This document shows, in pieces, positions 20,790-34,100 of a DNA stretch of 64,000 nucleotides. Source of the stretch: Trichosphaerium sp. ATCC 40318 (taxonomy: Eukaryota; Protista; Tubulinea); the NCBI GenBank assembly GCA_038496445.1, contig JALMLS010000013.1, positions 138,778 to 202,777 on the forward strand, in the 5' to 3' direction. Every line of letters begins with the position of its first letter. Positions within the stretch are counted from its first letter, which is position 1. The notes below the pieces were generated by a model. The model did no database searches. It saw only the letters and a program-made list of their open reading frames with translations, and was not told the origin of the DNA. The translations under genes and the position numbers were made by a program.

Positions 20790-23213
20790 ACAGGGTTTTG
20801 TTGTTTGGTTTTTTTCTTCTTCTAAATATAAATACAATACCATGCCAACCACAAATACATTACATGCATTATATAGAACCCAGCATGATACCCACTACTA
20901 GTACATCCATTTATACGGAAGTTCACTAACGTTACATAATTACCCGCCGTAACTTTCTCTTGTTGATCAACACAATGAACTGACTGTGTCAACGTTTCAA
21001 GTGAACGTCTCTCTTGGCAGATTTTTTGAACAACAGTGACAAGACTCTCCTACACGAACAAAAACAATAAGTAAAAACAAAAGTAAAAAAAGAATCACGT
21101 GATTTTTTTTTCTTTTCACAGACAAGAAACAAAGAAAAACATGGAGAAAAAAAGATTCGGAGTGGGAACATGTGCTTACCGTAGTTCGATTTCTAAGGTC
21201 TATAACTATATCACCTTCAACACATCCTTGCACTGTAAAGGTTACTTCGTCACTTTGAACAAAAAGTACAACACCCTCGGGAATAGTTATATTATCTAGA
21301 CAAAAAGGTTAGCGCCATTATCAATGTGCTTCATGTACTTACTCAAGATTGTAATGGGTGAAAGCAAGGGTACAATATTGTTTTGTATAGGTAAAAGTGT
21401 CGTTTCTATAGTTGTTACTTCATTAGTCGGAGCAATGGTAGGAGCATTGGTAGGCACAACAGTCGGCTCTATTGACGGTACTGCCGCAGGTGCTACAGTA
21501 GGTGCCAATGACGGAGCCGCAGTTGTTGGAGCCATTGTAGGCATTTCCGTTGTTGGTGACAACGTCGGTGAGCTTGTTGGGTTTACTGTTGGCGTCACTG
21601 TCGTTGGTATTGCAATCGGCGATGCTGTTGTAGGTGGTGCGGTCGTAGGCGGTATTGTAGTAGGCGATGCTGTTGTAGGCGGTGTTGTCGTAGGCGCGAC
21701 TGTTGGCGGTGATGTAGGCGTACTATAAGGTTCATATTCGCATAGCGGGAATATATCCAAGCTGCCAGTATAATGGCAATTAACATCTAACCAACCAAAG
21801 CCAATAGGCCAGCTTAATTGAAATAAATAAAAAAAAATCGTATAATCTCATAAAGCTCTTATGCGCACATTGCAACGCAATCTTCTGTTCTTATTCCTTG
21901 AGATGAATTTTGTGGCTCTCCTGTACCCCATGGATCTACTTGTAATGTACTTCCGTAACCACCACTGAACGTCTCACCAGAAAACGCCTTACACAAAAGT
22001 TAATAAGAACTTAAAACGATGATTAGATTGTAGTTTCTAGCTCAACATACCCATTCGAAATCGAGGTGTCTCACAAGCACTGGGTCATATGGATTACCGT
22101 TACTTGATAAACCAGTCCACATAGCTCCAGCAGTTCCTGTAACTACACTTTCTATAAAAGTTTGTTCTTCTGCAGATGTAAGTGTTGCTAGGTATCCTCC
22201 TCTTGTTATGCACTCTGCTTGAGCATCAAGATATGTTTCATGATGTATTTCGATCAATTCGTAACAATGACCTAAGTTATGTAAGTAAGTAAAACGAACC
22301 AACAAGGGCAAGTAAGAGAACAACCAAGAACCGCAAAAAAGTCACACAAAAATCTTTTTTTTGTCCCGAAATTTTTTTTATAAATTTAGAATAAACCTTT
22401 TCAGGGTTTTCTCTCCTTTTTTGGTAAGCAGGGTACCATTTGTGTGATTGGAACCAGGAGGACAAGGATCTGGTACTACATCAGGAATACATTCATCAAC
22501 TCCACCAAGTGCAGGAGACTCACAAATAAAGACTGTACCATTACAATCTCGTAACAGAATCTTCAAAAAAAAATGACGTCAGTGCACGACTGGAACACTT
22601 TTTTTTGGCGTTGATATAACAAAAAAACGTACCCCATTCACTAACGTTGCGCAGTTACCAGTAAAGTTACTAGATCCAGAAGCAACACTGAAAGGAAATA
22701 GACTTGTTTGCATAGGTTCATTCGTAGCTAACCACGTATGGTTTGCACCGCTACCGCTTACTTGTAGGCGTATATCCTAAAGAAAACAATAGATTAGCGA
22801 GTGTAGTTTAAGGATAACAGTATGTATGCTACATAGAAGCGGTTTTTTGCTCTAAAACGCCAAGTGTTGATCACTTTAATGCTATTTTGGTTTCTAGCTT
22901 ATTTACAACAAACGTACACTGCCATTCGCGAATAAATACATAATAGATCCTTCTACGAGCATTGTTTCAATAGCTAGTGGCTGTTTTCCTACAAGTTGTT
23001 ACGATATTCCCCAAAGGGGTTGTATAACGTACCAGCAGTTGTGCACTCGTTTTCCCAGCCTCCTGGATAGTCTACGTCTGGATTGTCGTACAAGTCATAC
23101 CGACTTCCTTGCCACTCGCAAGTCTTTACTAGAACGCAATGTACCTGAGAGGCTAAAATAAAGCCAAACAGGAACAATATAGAGCATCGACCATTAAAAT
23201 GCTGGAAGGTCAT
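20790..23213 (-). CDS. Secreted/surface C-type lectin-domain protein with Pro/Thr mucin stalk (spliced; 3' end approximate, possibly degenerate)
   Basis: Signal peptide; GHCYELI...YLDAQAECITRGGYLATLTSAEEQTFI...MWTGL...WGTGEPQN...EDCV...WLDVNC...LCE. An earlier CTL-like unit (NCATLVNG..LRDCNGTVFICE) and PTT repeats are also present. Confidence 0.8.
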
Positions 23214-23666
23214 TTTTTTAGCGCTCAGAACGAGTGACTACGTTTTTAAAACGTTGTTGAGGTGAACAGTGCAATATCAGAAAAAGTGCGTTGAAATACT
23301 TTGAAGTGTTGTCGTTATTCCTAAAATGCTTTTTCTCCGTCATACTAACAGTGCAAATATGGATAACGCTGTATGAGAATGTATGTTGTATTTTTTTTGT
23401 AAATTTCGCTTTACGCCAACGCTCGCACTTGAAAGTAGTTCCAGTCGCGTTGAATACACTGTTTGAATACACCTAACTCCTTAGATTGGTACACCCCGAA
23501 AAGTACATCTAGACAACTTTGTCCAATAACAACCTTACCAACATATCACTGCTGTACGACTAGAGCTATGTGCACTACGGTTAAAAAAAATGTAAAGCTG
23601 CTTAGTTTTTTTTGTCTATTTTTACGATTTTGTTTAAAGTCGTTGTACAAGAGGTCTATGGTTTTT

Positions 23667-25123
23667 TTATTTGAAATTATAGTCAGGTATAGTACAAAGA
23701 GCCTTCCTAAACCATCTATGGCTACAGCGTAATTCCAAAAAAGGATGCTAAAACAGTAAGAAATTTTGGTTTTTTTAGAATTTATGTACCTTTAGCAAAA
23801 CTTCCTCTGTTGGCCTTTCGTTGTAGTCCATAGTCAAGCAAGCTTTAACAAATGACTGACAGTCTTTTGAAAATGACTGAGGGGTATCTAGGACTAGTCC
23901 ACGACTACAAATAGAGAAGCAACTCTTTACCATTTCTACGGGAGGAATAATCTCTTGCCTGAAAAATAACTAATTAGCCAACAGCCCGAAAAATCATTTG
24001 ATTTTGAAGCTGATACCCTGGATTTTTCTGCTCCAATAAGTTCTTAGCGATGACCCCTGTACTCCATACACCTTGCGTAACTGAATTTCCTTCTTTTTGT
24101 AGTACTTCAGGAGCACTATACATGTACCTTGAGTCAACAGCTAGAAGCGAAAGTACTGGTGCTATGGAATGTTGAGTTTTTCGTAAAACCATTTATGTAG
24201 CACGTACCTAGAACAAGTCTGTCTCGTTTTATATATAAATCTGCGATGGTACATACTGAAACGTCAAATTGATGATTTCGAAGTACATTCAAAGCACGTA
24301 GAACCTAGAAATAAGGAAAGTCAAAAAAAAACCACTATTATAGTAGCACGCACAATGTGACAAATATAACTTGTGATGCGCTCTGTAGAAATCACTGAAG
24401 GTGCTGTAGGCATCATTAATACATCATATAGGCTCTATTACATACTATTAATTATGATATGGTTGGAAAGAAGATGAGAAAAAAAAACATACAAGATAAG
24501 GTGAAAAAACAAGCGAAATAAAATCATCTTCAATGAAACTATCAATAATGCGTTCCAAGTATGGACAATTGGATTTGTAAGCCTTAAGCTCCAACGATAG
24601 CTCTTCTTCATCAAGACTTGATACATCAAATTTTTTTATAATCACGTGTTTACCATCTTCAACTTTTTCGCTTCTTATCACAATTCCTGTTATTCCTTCG
24701 ACCTCAACTCCTTTTGTATATCGCGTATCTGATGCTATACTATTCTTTTTCATATCCTGTAAAACAAAAAAACTTTTAGAAACACACGAAAGGAGCAAAA
24801 CTCAAAAATTCAAAAATACGAACAGGAACAAAATCAAAAGTCGGAAAAACCTTTCCCTCATCACTTTCTTTTTCTATTTGCCTTTGAGCGTTTGTATACG
24901 CGATTCCGGGAAGTCCCAAGTGCATCAGAACGTTATAGAAGCCTCTACATAATATTTTCGTTTGCTTTATTTGATGAAGGTTTAGCTTCAGCAAAATGGT
25001 ATCTAAGACGCTGAGAGGTAACGTATATAGTGAATGCGTTGTATTTGTAGCTGGAAAATTCGTTATCAAGCTGTTATCGCCGCCGCTAATGGTTGTAGTT
25101 GCTCCAGAGTGGATGTTGGCCAT
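23667..25123 (-). CDS. F-box-like + STE/MAP2K-like pseudokinase (spliced)
   Basis: SLYTLPLSVLDTILLKL...ILCRGFYNV F-box; HVIIKK, ELKAYK, YSAPEV, VWSTGVI, SFSKDCQSFVKACLTMDYNERPTEEVLLK|HPFL. HRD and DFG are not recognisable. Confidence 0.68.
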
Positions 25124-25981
25124 GTTTCGTCGTTATTATCTTAAATAAGCTGAAATGGGTGTATTTTTATTCCAATCCGGTTTATTTCGATAGTAGCATA
25201 GGCACAAGGTGCACGTACTACAAATTAATTATTTGTTTTGAGTTTAAGTCAGGTTTATGACGTTATCCGCGTCATTGACTAGCATTTGTACTACGGTTGT
25301 GTTTGTAGACAAGAGGGAACAATAAAAGTGGCGTACACATATTTCTAATTAACAGCGTTCTTTGCTATCGGTGAGCTTTTGTATATATACTAGTGATAGT
25401 GATGGATCTGTTGCAATAAGTTTTATCAAAAAGTATCGCAGACAGTAGTTTTTGCTCAAAACAATTGTTGCTTCTCAGATTTTTCTGTTGAAAATAAACG
25501 TATGGCGAAATAAGTGGTTACCAAGAGGTTGAAAGTATATTGCAACAATTTTCTTTTACAATATGGGAATAACTGACCATGACACTGTCAAGCGCTTGGA
25601 TTAAGTTCAGCGTGTACAATCGTTCATGTGCCAATGAATTTGCGGGTGTCATGATTTTCTGCCGATGGTACTTTTCTATTTTGTTATTGAGGGTTGGTAG
25701 TTCTCAAACTCTGATGATGTGAGGTATCATTTAGAAAACTAGGTGTTGAAAATGGTGAATGTAATTTTGGGAGAGGTAAGCACTGTGATCCGGTTACATC
25801 ATTGCTTGGTCACCAAGCAAAAAAACAGGAGCGTAATACTCTTACTGTGCATGTATGATCTACTTTGACTAATTTTATTACAGTGCTGAACCTGTTTTTT
25901 TTTTCCATTTAATGTTTCCGACTTGTGAGCCCGCTCCATAATAGACCATTGCAAAACAAACTTATTGGTCTCCTTCTATAC

Positions 25982-27196
25982 TTATTTTTCTCCTTGTAGT
26001 TCACCGTCAACATAATTAGACCGTTTCTTCAGGTTGCCATTATCATACCAACTCTTAAGCTCTCCTTCTAGTTTACCATTGAGGTAGTTAGATTGCTGCT
26101 TCAACCTTCCATTGTCATACCATTTCTTAGACACTCCTTCTTGCTTATCATTAATGAAGTGGCTATGCGCTTTTAATTGTCCACTCATATACCATTCTTT
26201 GAGCTCTCCATCAGCCATGCCGTTAGTATAGTTAAAGCTCACGTGCAATTGTCCATTTTTATACCATTTTTTGTACTCTCCCTCAAGTTTACCGTTCGCG
26301 TAATTACTTTGCATTTCTAATACTCCATTGTCATTCCATAGTGTATGCACTCCTTCTGCTTTACCATTAACATAATTATTCTGCATGAACAATTGTCCAC
26401 TCATGTACCAATCATTGTACTCTCCTTCAAGTTTACCATTCACGTAATTTTCTTGCTTCCACAACTGTCCATTGGAGTGGTATGTTTTCCGCTGCCCTTC
26501 AGGTTTTCCATTATTATAATTACAATGTGTGAGTAGTTTTCCACTGTCATTCCATCGTGTATACTCTCCATGAAGTACACGGTTTACATAATTACAACAC
26601 CTTTCCAACTTTCCATTGGGATGCCAAAAACGTTCTTCTCCTTCAATGTTGCCGTTTACACAATGGTATTGTCTTCGTATGTTACTGTTCTCATACCATT
26701 CCTTGTACTCGCCATGTTGCTTTCCATCAATGTAATAACTGTTTTCTTTGAGTTGTCCATTTTGATGCCAACACTTATACTCTCCTTGTAGTTTACCATC
26801 TAAATAATAACAGTGTTCCTTTAATTTGTCCTTACTGAACCACTCCTTTTTCTCTCCATCTCGTCTACCATGTTTCCAATATTGCTTTTGATAAAGGAAC
26901 ACTCTAGGTTCTGAGGTAGTAGTAATGTCTTTTTGTTTACTTTCCTTAAACTTGAGCCATTTACCGTGTTTCTTAAAATCAACATCAAATCTCGTGGTCA
27001 AAGCTGTTTGCTTTGATAACATTGACCACTTTATGTAAACTTCATAATCTAAATCAATAATATCAAGTTTAATCTCAGCTGGGAGGTGGTGTATTAGGTA
27101 GCTACCCTAATGCGTTGTGTTAATCTAAATTACTGGCTTTTTAAAGACTGAAGACGTAAAAGTCTGTTTTACCTGGTTTGATGGCGAAGACTTCAT
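25982..27196 (-). CDS. F-box-like + MORN-variant repeat protein with one 5' intron (27107-27172)
   Basis: Exon 1 MKSSPSNQ|GSYLIHHLPAEIKLDIIDLDYEVYIKW joins in frame to ORF 25982..27022, which carries about 12 24-aa repeats. Confidence 0.88.
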
Positions 27197-27475
27197 AGTA
27201 ACGTGCTGCGATTTACCCTTGTAACTTTTATTTTATTGACGCAATAACAAGCTTGACCAAAATGTAATGACGTGATAATACTACACAGTTTCTCATGCAT
27301 TACAGAAAGCTACGAAGGTAGAGGTGTTTTGTTGTATAAAAAAAACCAACACGTGATTTGATTTTTCCTGATTTAAGCTTGCCAATTGAACCTACACGTG
27401 GCTGCTTATTGCTATATGCCGGTTTTGGAACCAAATTCAAGCTCTTAACGAACTCTACACCATCTAAGAGACCGG

Positions 27476-29989
27476 ATGTCTACACAAGAAAACCAAGTAT
27501 GATCCTGTAGATTTTGTTTGGAACCTTTATCATCACCAGAACTAAATTTCTGTTTTTTTTTCTTGTTTTTTTTTACACTACCACATTCTGGCTAAACATT
27601 TTCTTACACTGATAAGGTGTTGAGCTTTTAGTTTTCGTATTATCTTCATCATCCTTTATCTGACCATACCTGCTCTAAGTTGTACAAGAGTAGAGCCTGC
27701 AACAAGTTGGTAAAAAAAACAGTCCTCAGTAGAGTTATAACACTAATACTACTCTCTTCTAACAACTAACCAAGGACTCAACTTTAGATGATGTTGGGAG
27801 GAAGACAAAATGTCTTGTGGCTCTATAGCAGCGCCAAGCATTTGTTATCTATTATAATACAAGAAACACTCGGAAAATAAAAGAAAGTTGTACAGTATTT
27901 TAAAACAAATTGAAAGGAAATTTTTGGGTGGGATGTGGGTGATTGCTGCTCGCCATGTTCTGAATACACGTTGTAGGCGTTTGTAGTTGATTTATGTTAG
28001 TCATACCAAGTCTTACGCAAACGTCTGTAACGGAGAAAACACGTGTACAGCCATTCCGAAAACACATCTACTTTTTTACCCTTTTACCTTTCGAAACCTC
28101 AACCTTTATCAGCTTCATCTACATTCATAATAATAAACCAAAGTCATGTATTAGCTTTATTTTTAAACACTTGTACGTTGTTAATCCACTACAAGAGTGA
28201 ATGTTACCCAGATAATTCTTGGTTGCAGCGTAAGTTTACCATTGCAATCACTTGGCTTTCTTCTTCTACATCTCTTACACTTACAATTACCTCTATCAAG
28301 TCTATCTCCAGCACATACACCGCGGTTGTCGTTTGAGTCGTATTTGTAGTCGGAGTACCATTGCCGTTGGTGCCTGGGAGAGGACAACTTCCCCAGCGCT
28401 CAACACAGTATTTGTTTCGGTTAAAAGCATGAACCTTTACGTAGCTACTCTGCTCGTAATCATTGCAGCCTGTACCAGCTCCTCATGGGGGGCTCATGTG
28501 CTTTCGACTGGGGTTTTCGGGTGTTTGAAGTTCAGAACGGAAACAAATACTGTGTTGATGTACGGTTAATAAGAAGGTATAAAGCACGTTTGATGAATAT
28601 GTTGTGGCTCCAAATTATTGGCTTAAGCGTTGTGATACGGTTAACACGGTATATCACGATGATATAGAGCTGTTAATCAAAGGCAAGGGCGGTCATTTGA
28701 CTGAAAGTTAAAGTCACATAACGTTTGTTCCAAAGAGTTTTTCCGAAGTTTTCCCGATGACTACACATATTTCACGGAGTTATATTTTCTAGCACTTCTA
28801 GCAGAGCTGACACATTTTGTTCGAATAGCTCCATCACAATGTGAGCAAAGTTTCACTTTAAGCATGTGACAACCTTTTTCGTTTTTAATACTCTTCTGTT
28901 TGACGCTCTTATTTTAAACAAATACAACGAGAAGCTTTACATTAGCGAGAAAGTCTTCAAGTTTAGTTTCTCTTAAATACCACAATCTAATAGTGTTTTT
29001 TTTAGACACTAGATTCAGTGGTTGTAACTCTGAGAAGGAACTGTACATGCGCATTTTATCAAACGCTAGCCAAACAGTAATAACTGAGGCTATATGATTG
29101 CTCTAGTACTGTGTTACCAACAAATAGCATTATTGCTCATTCCCAGTGAACGACTTTGTTAGTGTCCCTAACATTTGCTCCTTCTACATTCCCGCCAACT
29201 TTGTCACCTGATGCTCCAATCCCTGACCTACCACCTTTGTCACTTACCTAGGATATGATACAATAGTTAGTGGCACAATTACTAAAAATGATAATAGGAG
29301 ATGAGTCTAACAATAGAATATGGTACTAACAATATCACTTTTGATTCAGCGGATACCTTCAGCATTTGTTCCAACTGTTTTCAATGGACCAAGGAATGAA
29401 TACTATCCAGCAACCGAGAATGGCCCTACAGAGTTTAAGTTTGATAAGAAGGTGTAATTTACTCATGGCAACTTGGGTCAGGAATTGTCGAGTGCCAGTG
29501 AAGTGTAACAAATGGTACAACAATTTTTTGATTGAGAAAAGAGAAACCGTTGCTTTTACTATTACAGTGGCGGAATCATATTCAAACAGCTTATCAGTCA
29601 ATGTTACAGCTACACTAGCAAATACTAAGCGACAAGCTAATACTCAAGTTGACATGAGAGTTGTAGGCATGTGCTTTTTTCTGGTTGTACAAACATGTCT
29701 TTAACATCCTCCAAACTTTTGATGATAATGCAGCTTCTATCGTAGCTTCATATTTAAGCGATCATGCAGCTATTCAAATGACTAAAGATTCGTTTACAAT
29801 GACGGTAATTGTTTGTTGCTCCTTCCTTAAGTGATCGTTTCTTACCTGATTGTAGACTTTCAGTGTTGTTAAACCATCAACTGTTACTGAAGGAAACGAT
29901 AAAGTAGTCCCAACTGCTCCTACTGCTACTTCTGATAGCGTACAATCTATTAACATTTTCAAAGCTGTTTTCCTTGCTCTTGTGTATTG
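27476..29989 (+). pseudogene. Multi-exon surface/GPI-anchor-like protein gene, apparently frameshifted
   Basis: Signal-like segment, Cys-containing exons and C-terminal VVPTAPTATSDSVQSINIFKAVFLALVY*. Stops and frameshifts occur in the 29300-29520 exon. Confidence 0.35.
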
Positions 29990-30134
29990 ATCGAAAAGTA
30001 TTTATTAAAATAAAATAGACTGAAATAAACCCACTCATTCGTAGTTGTTGTTAATGTAATATCAGCACAAGGTAATTACATCTCGCAGTACAAGGCTAAA
30101 TATTCTTGGAATTTTCTGATTTCATTTGTTGCAT

Positions 30135-30921
30135 TTCAACAGTTAAAAAGACACTCCTGCTCTTCTGTGGTTTCTATGATTTTAACATTGCTCATATGGA
30201 ATGGATGAATAGATTCGTCTGTGATGTTGATACACCATAGCACACAAACATATATATGTACTTTAAATGTTTTGCAAGCATCATAATTCCAGAGTCTGTG
30301 ATTAATGGGCAAAAAAACAATACAATGTGAGCTACGCCTTGAACATACTTCAATCCTTCGTCTGTTATCTGATTGGCATGATAGAGTTCCAGTTTGCGAA
30401 CACCAGACAGAGAAGCAAGGTCACTATCTTTTGCATCATGAAATTCTCTTGTTATTTCTATTGTGGTGTTTTTGAGAAGAGGACTTCCTGAAAGACGATA
30501 ACAACTTGAAGCTGAGTTAACATATATTCGCTCATAGCCAACGTGATGGTGAATGATATCAGAAAGTCGTTTACAGCTTTGAGAAACAGGGTATCGAGAT
30601 TTAGCGTCCACAAACTCAAGTGTGTAAACGATTATCTCTGGGGATGTCTAAAAGCTCAATAAGGTTTGGTTTGTATTCAAATCGTTCGTGTGAAGCTTCA
30701 GCCTTTGTTCTTCGCTCCATTACGCCTAGAAACATTTATTAACTTGCTAAACAGTTTATTTGTGGCTTTTCAAGCGATTACTTGTTTATACTTACTTAAG
30801 TGTGCTTTAAACTCTTGTACAAGAATAAACAAGAGTAGATACAGGCTCTAATACTGTGGTTGTATTGTACTATATTTTTTCTTGGTTAATGCTTACTCCT
30901 GAAGACCAAATCCGAAAATCC
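30135..30921 (-). pseudogene. Inverted, internally deleted chimeric copy of the 2943 F-box-LRR gene
   Basis: 30250-30921 is a near-identical reverse complement of 2759-3430, with a 2-nt deletion near 30641. It is joined to a more diverged homologue of the 3' end (4260-4370). Confidence 0.88.
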
Positions 30922-31030
30922 TTTGTTAAAAAAACCAGCCAGGAATTTTGTTGAAATACTGTTAGCTTGGTTGACTCTTTGCGTGGCAACATAAATCGTA
31001 CTATAAGCGCAAATACATCCACTGCGCAAT

Positions 31031-31984
31031 ATGCAGCAAAAAGATACTAACTCTGGCATTTGCCGGCTTTTACTTCTTCCAGTGGAGATACAGCTTGATA
31101 TCATAGATCTAGACTACACATTGTACATAAACTGGCCATTATTGGCAAAAAAAGCGGCTACAGCAACGAGGTTTGATGGAGACTTAAAGAAACATGGGAA
31201 GTGGCTCCAAAGGCAAATAAAAGAGGATTCTGATCCTGACGAAAAAAAAATCACGTGCCAAGAGTGGTGGAAACACAACCAAAAAAACGGAGAACAAAAA
31301 AAGTGGTACGAAAATGGCCAATTGCGAGAACAGTTGTACTTTGTTGATGGTAACATTGAGGGTAAGTACACTGCTTGGTATAGCAATGGTGAATTGTTTG
31401 AGACATTAAACTTTGTTAACAGTAAACCTGATGGAGAGTACCAAAAGTGGCATGAAAATGGTCAATTATTTGAACAGTGTCTTTTCGTTGATGGAAAGGA
31501 AGAAGGTGATCACAAGTGGTGGCATAAAAATGGTACTTTAGGTGAGCATGTTTACCAAGCCAATGGCTTAATTGAAGGAGAACGTAAAACATGGCATCAA
31601 AATGGTTCATTGAAGATAAGGGAACAGTATGTTAAAAACAAAAAAGAAGGAAAGTCAAAGAGATGGTGTTCAAAAGGAACGCTACAGTATTGTGGTAACT
31701 ACGCCAATGGTGTACGAGAAGGAGGATCCATATGGTACTTCAACAATGGCCATTTCAAAGAGCACCAGTATTTTGTCAATGACAAGCTTCATGGAGAATA
31801 CAAAAGATGGCATATTGATGGTCAATTAATGAAACATTGTTACTATGTTAATGGTACTCTTGATGGAGAGTATAATGAATGGTATGGTGATGGTAAACCG
31901 AAAGATAGTTGTTTTTATGTGGGAGGTAGAAGGCAAACAAAGTTATTCAGAATGCTTCAAACACTTAATCCTTTTTCCAAGTGA
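31031..31984 (+). CDS. F-box-like + MORN-variant repeat protein
   Basis: CRLLLLPVEIQLDIIDLDY..WP...TRFDGDLKKHGKW is shared with the 1635 and 27196 genes. About 9 repeats; intronless. Confidence 0.9.
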   Translation: MQQKDTNSGICRLLLLPVEIQLDIIDLDYTLYINWPLLAKKAATATRFDGDLKKHGKWLQRQIKEDSDPDEKKITCQEWWKHNQKNGEQKKWYENGQLREQLYFVDGNIEGKYTAWYSNGELFETLNFVNSKPDGEYQKWHENGQLFEQCLFVDGKEEGDHKWWHKNGTLGEHVYQANGLIEGERKTWHQNGSLKIREQYVKNKKEGKSKRWCSKGTLQYCGNYANGVREGGSIWYFNNGHFKEHQYFVNDKLHGEYKRWHIDGQLMKHCYYVNGTLDGEYNEWYGDGKPKDSCFYVGGRRQTKLFRMLQTLNPFSK

Positions 31985-32625
31985 GCTTAAGAAATACTTG
32001 TAGCTACAATAATAAAACAGTTTAGAGTCAATTATACTCGTACTGAAGATTTAAACCGTTCTAACTTAGTGTTTCTTACAACCCGCTTGTTGCAAGACAA
32101 AATCAAGTATTGTCTGAAGTGGTAGAACTGCTGCAAAACTAAACCAAAAACTTGGGATTTAATGGCTCACGTGCATACCAAACTGCCGTGAATCTGTAAT
32201 TGTCCTTCATTGTCAGTAGCAATGTAAGGCAGATATCTATTGATTAAGCCTTACTCACTGTATTTGCATAAAGTACTTCTAAGCCTATACCAGTATTTCA
32301 TGTAGTCAACTACTGCCAACATGAAATAAATTGAGTCTAGCAAATAGGATTCCCGCGTACCCAGATACAGGGTGATACGATGTATGTCAAGAAGTTGTTG
32401 TTACTGTGATGGTCCGCTTGCTGTGAACGATTGAAGATTACCCAGTGTCATTTGTTTTGTAGACAGATAGGTGGTTCTTCGTCATCAACTTGTTGTAAAT
32501 GCACATATATTAATAAAATGCAATTTGTAATCGTTTTTGTTGAAATTCTATTTTTAACAACAATTATTTCTAGTGTAGTCAAGTACAACAATAACGGCAA
32601 TTTTTACTTACCAGGAAGCACTAGG

Positions 32626-33041
32626 ATGACTACTTACAAGGTATCAATTATTGGCGCCAGTGGTGTCGGTAAATCAACACTTAGGGGCAGCATCGCTTTT
32701 GAGACAGTTTCGAAAATTACAACATTTTTGATTTTTGATGTTTACGGCATTTCGAGAATCTTTGAGACGTTTTTACTCACCTCAGAACCGTCTTAACCAA
32801 AAATTGCTTATTATCAACATTTAGCTAGTATTCTATACTTATAGGGTTTAAAACCATTTTGCGATTCGTTAGTGCTGTGCGGAGGAAAAGTACCGACAGT
32901 CAAAGCAATTTTTTTCAAAACAAACTTTTTCAAAAATTTCGGAATTTCTGAAACTGTCTCAAAAGCGATGCTGCCCCTTAAGATACAAGTTGCTGAAAAC
33001 CGCTTTGTTGAAGAATACGACCCTACCATAGAAGCGTCGTA
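32626..33041 (+). pseudogene. Ras-family GTPase first-exon relic interrupted by a MITE
   Basis: The empty site reads [39 protein letters not shown] (G1 box and Ras effector loop). I could not find downstream exons. Confidence 0.82.
32684..32977. mobile_element. MITE, PIF/Harbinger (Tourist)-type, 294 bp
   Basis: Perfect 28-bp TIRs GGGGCAGCATCGCTTTTGAGACAGTTTC and a TTA TSD (32681-32683, 32978-32980). No coding capacity. Confidence 0.92.
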
Positions 33042-33180
33042 ATCTTTTCAATCAATTAACAACACTTTTATGCACTTTGGGCCAGCACAGTTTTTGCACA
33101 AAGCTTACAATTTGTAAAAATTGTAGAAATTCGCAAAATGGCAATTTGCTACTTTTACTGCATTTTATGGAATCTTTACA

Positions 33181-33944
33181 ATGCTATTTCTCACCACTGC
33201 AATCATTGTTGTACTTTTGATTGTACCTCATAGTATACAATATACTATAGAGTACTGTGAAGTAGTGAGAAATTATTTCGTTAATTCAGTGGTGAGAAAA
33301 GGTATTGCCAGTGCTGGCATACATATTGGTGTACTAAGTGAACACGTCAAAGAATGTACCATTGTTGGTAAACTATTGTACTTCGATTGAGTGTCACTGT
33401 TTTATGGAAGCGTGTTTACCACAACCACACTGTATGTTCTCTTTCCGGATTTACGATTGATATTGAAGTACCTCATGCTCTGTTCTTATCTTAAGTGAAG
33501 GTAATTACTGTTAAAAGTCACGCCAAGACAATCGCACTTACACATACTACAGTCCACAAAAGAAACAAGCCAAAAAGACCAACCAGTGTATGGAATATAC
33601 AAATACAACAGCCTTCAAATGGGCCCAGCTATACCAAAACAAGTTGGTAAAACAGGTACTTGCATATGGATTCATACCTTGCATTGGTACACTGTATGTA
33701 CCCTTTTCTATCTTCGTTAAGAGCTTGAGTTTCATTTTTACTCAGAAGAAGTTCATACTGTTTTCTTATTTTGCTTGTGTAGATGTAAGCGTTGCTATTT
33801 CTAACGAATATATCTGACACTACTGTGGCAATTCAGTGATATAAAAGCAAACGATGCTAACACAAACAACTGTGGATATATTGATGTAACATGTGGAAGA
33901 CCAGGAGGAGAGAATCATAAAGGTTTTGTTGATTTTTGGGAGTA
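33181..33944 (+). CDS. Hypothetical secreted spliced protein or relic
   Basis: Signal-like MLFLTTAIIVVLLIVPHSIQ with short downstream exon-like segments. Confidence 0.25.
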
Positions 33945-34100
33945 GGAATCAAAAAGGGTTATGCAACTGTAAAAAGTTTGTACACTTCATAAGACAATAG
34001 TCAAAGGCAGTGCAAGCTGAAAATAAAGTGGTTTATTCTAAAATTGGATGCACTTTATAGTTACTGGCAACATCTCTGCATCCATATTAATGTACTTAAG

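Noticed and set aside
1635-31984. Bacterial YwqJK toxin-antitoxin system or bacterial contamination
   Set aside because: No toxin partner or operon. The genes carry F-box-like heads, one has a spliceosomal intron, and they sit among spliced genes.
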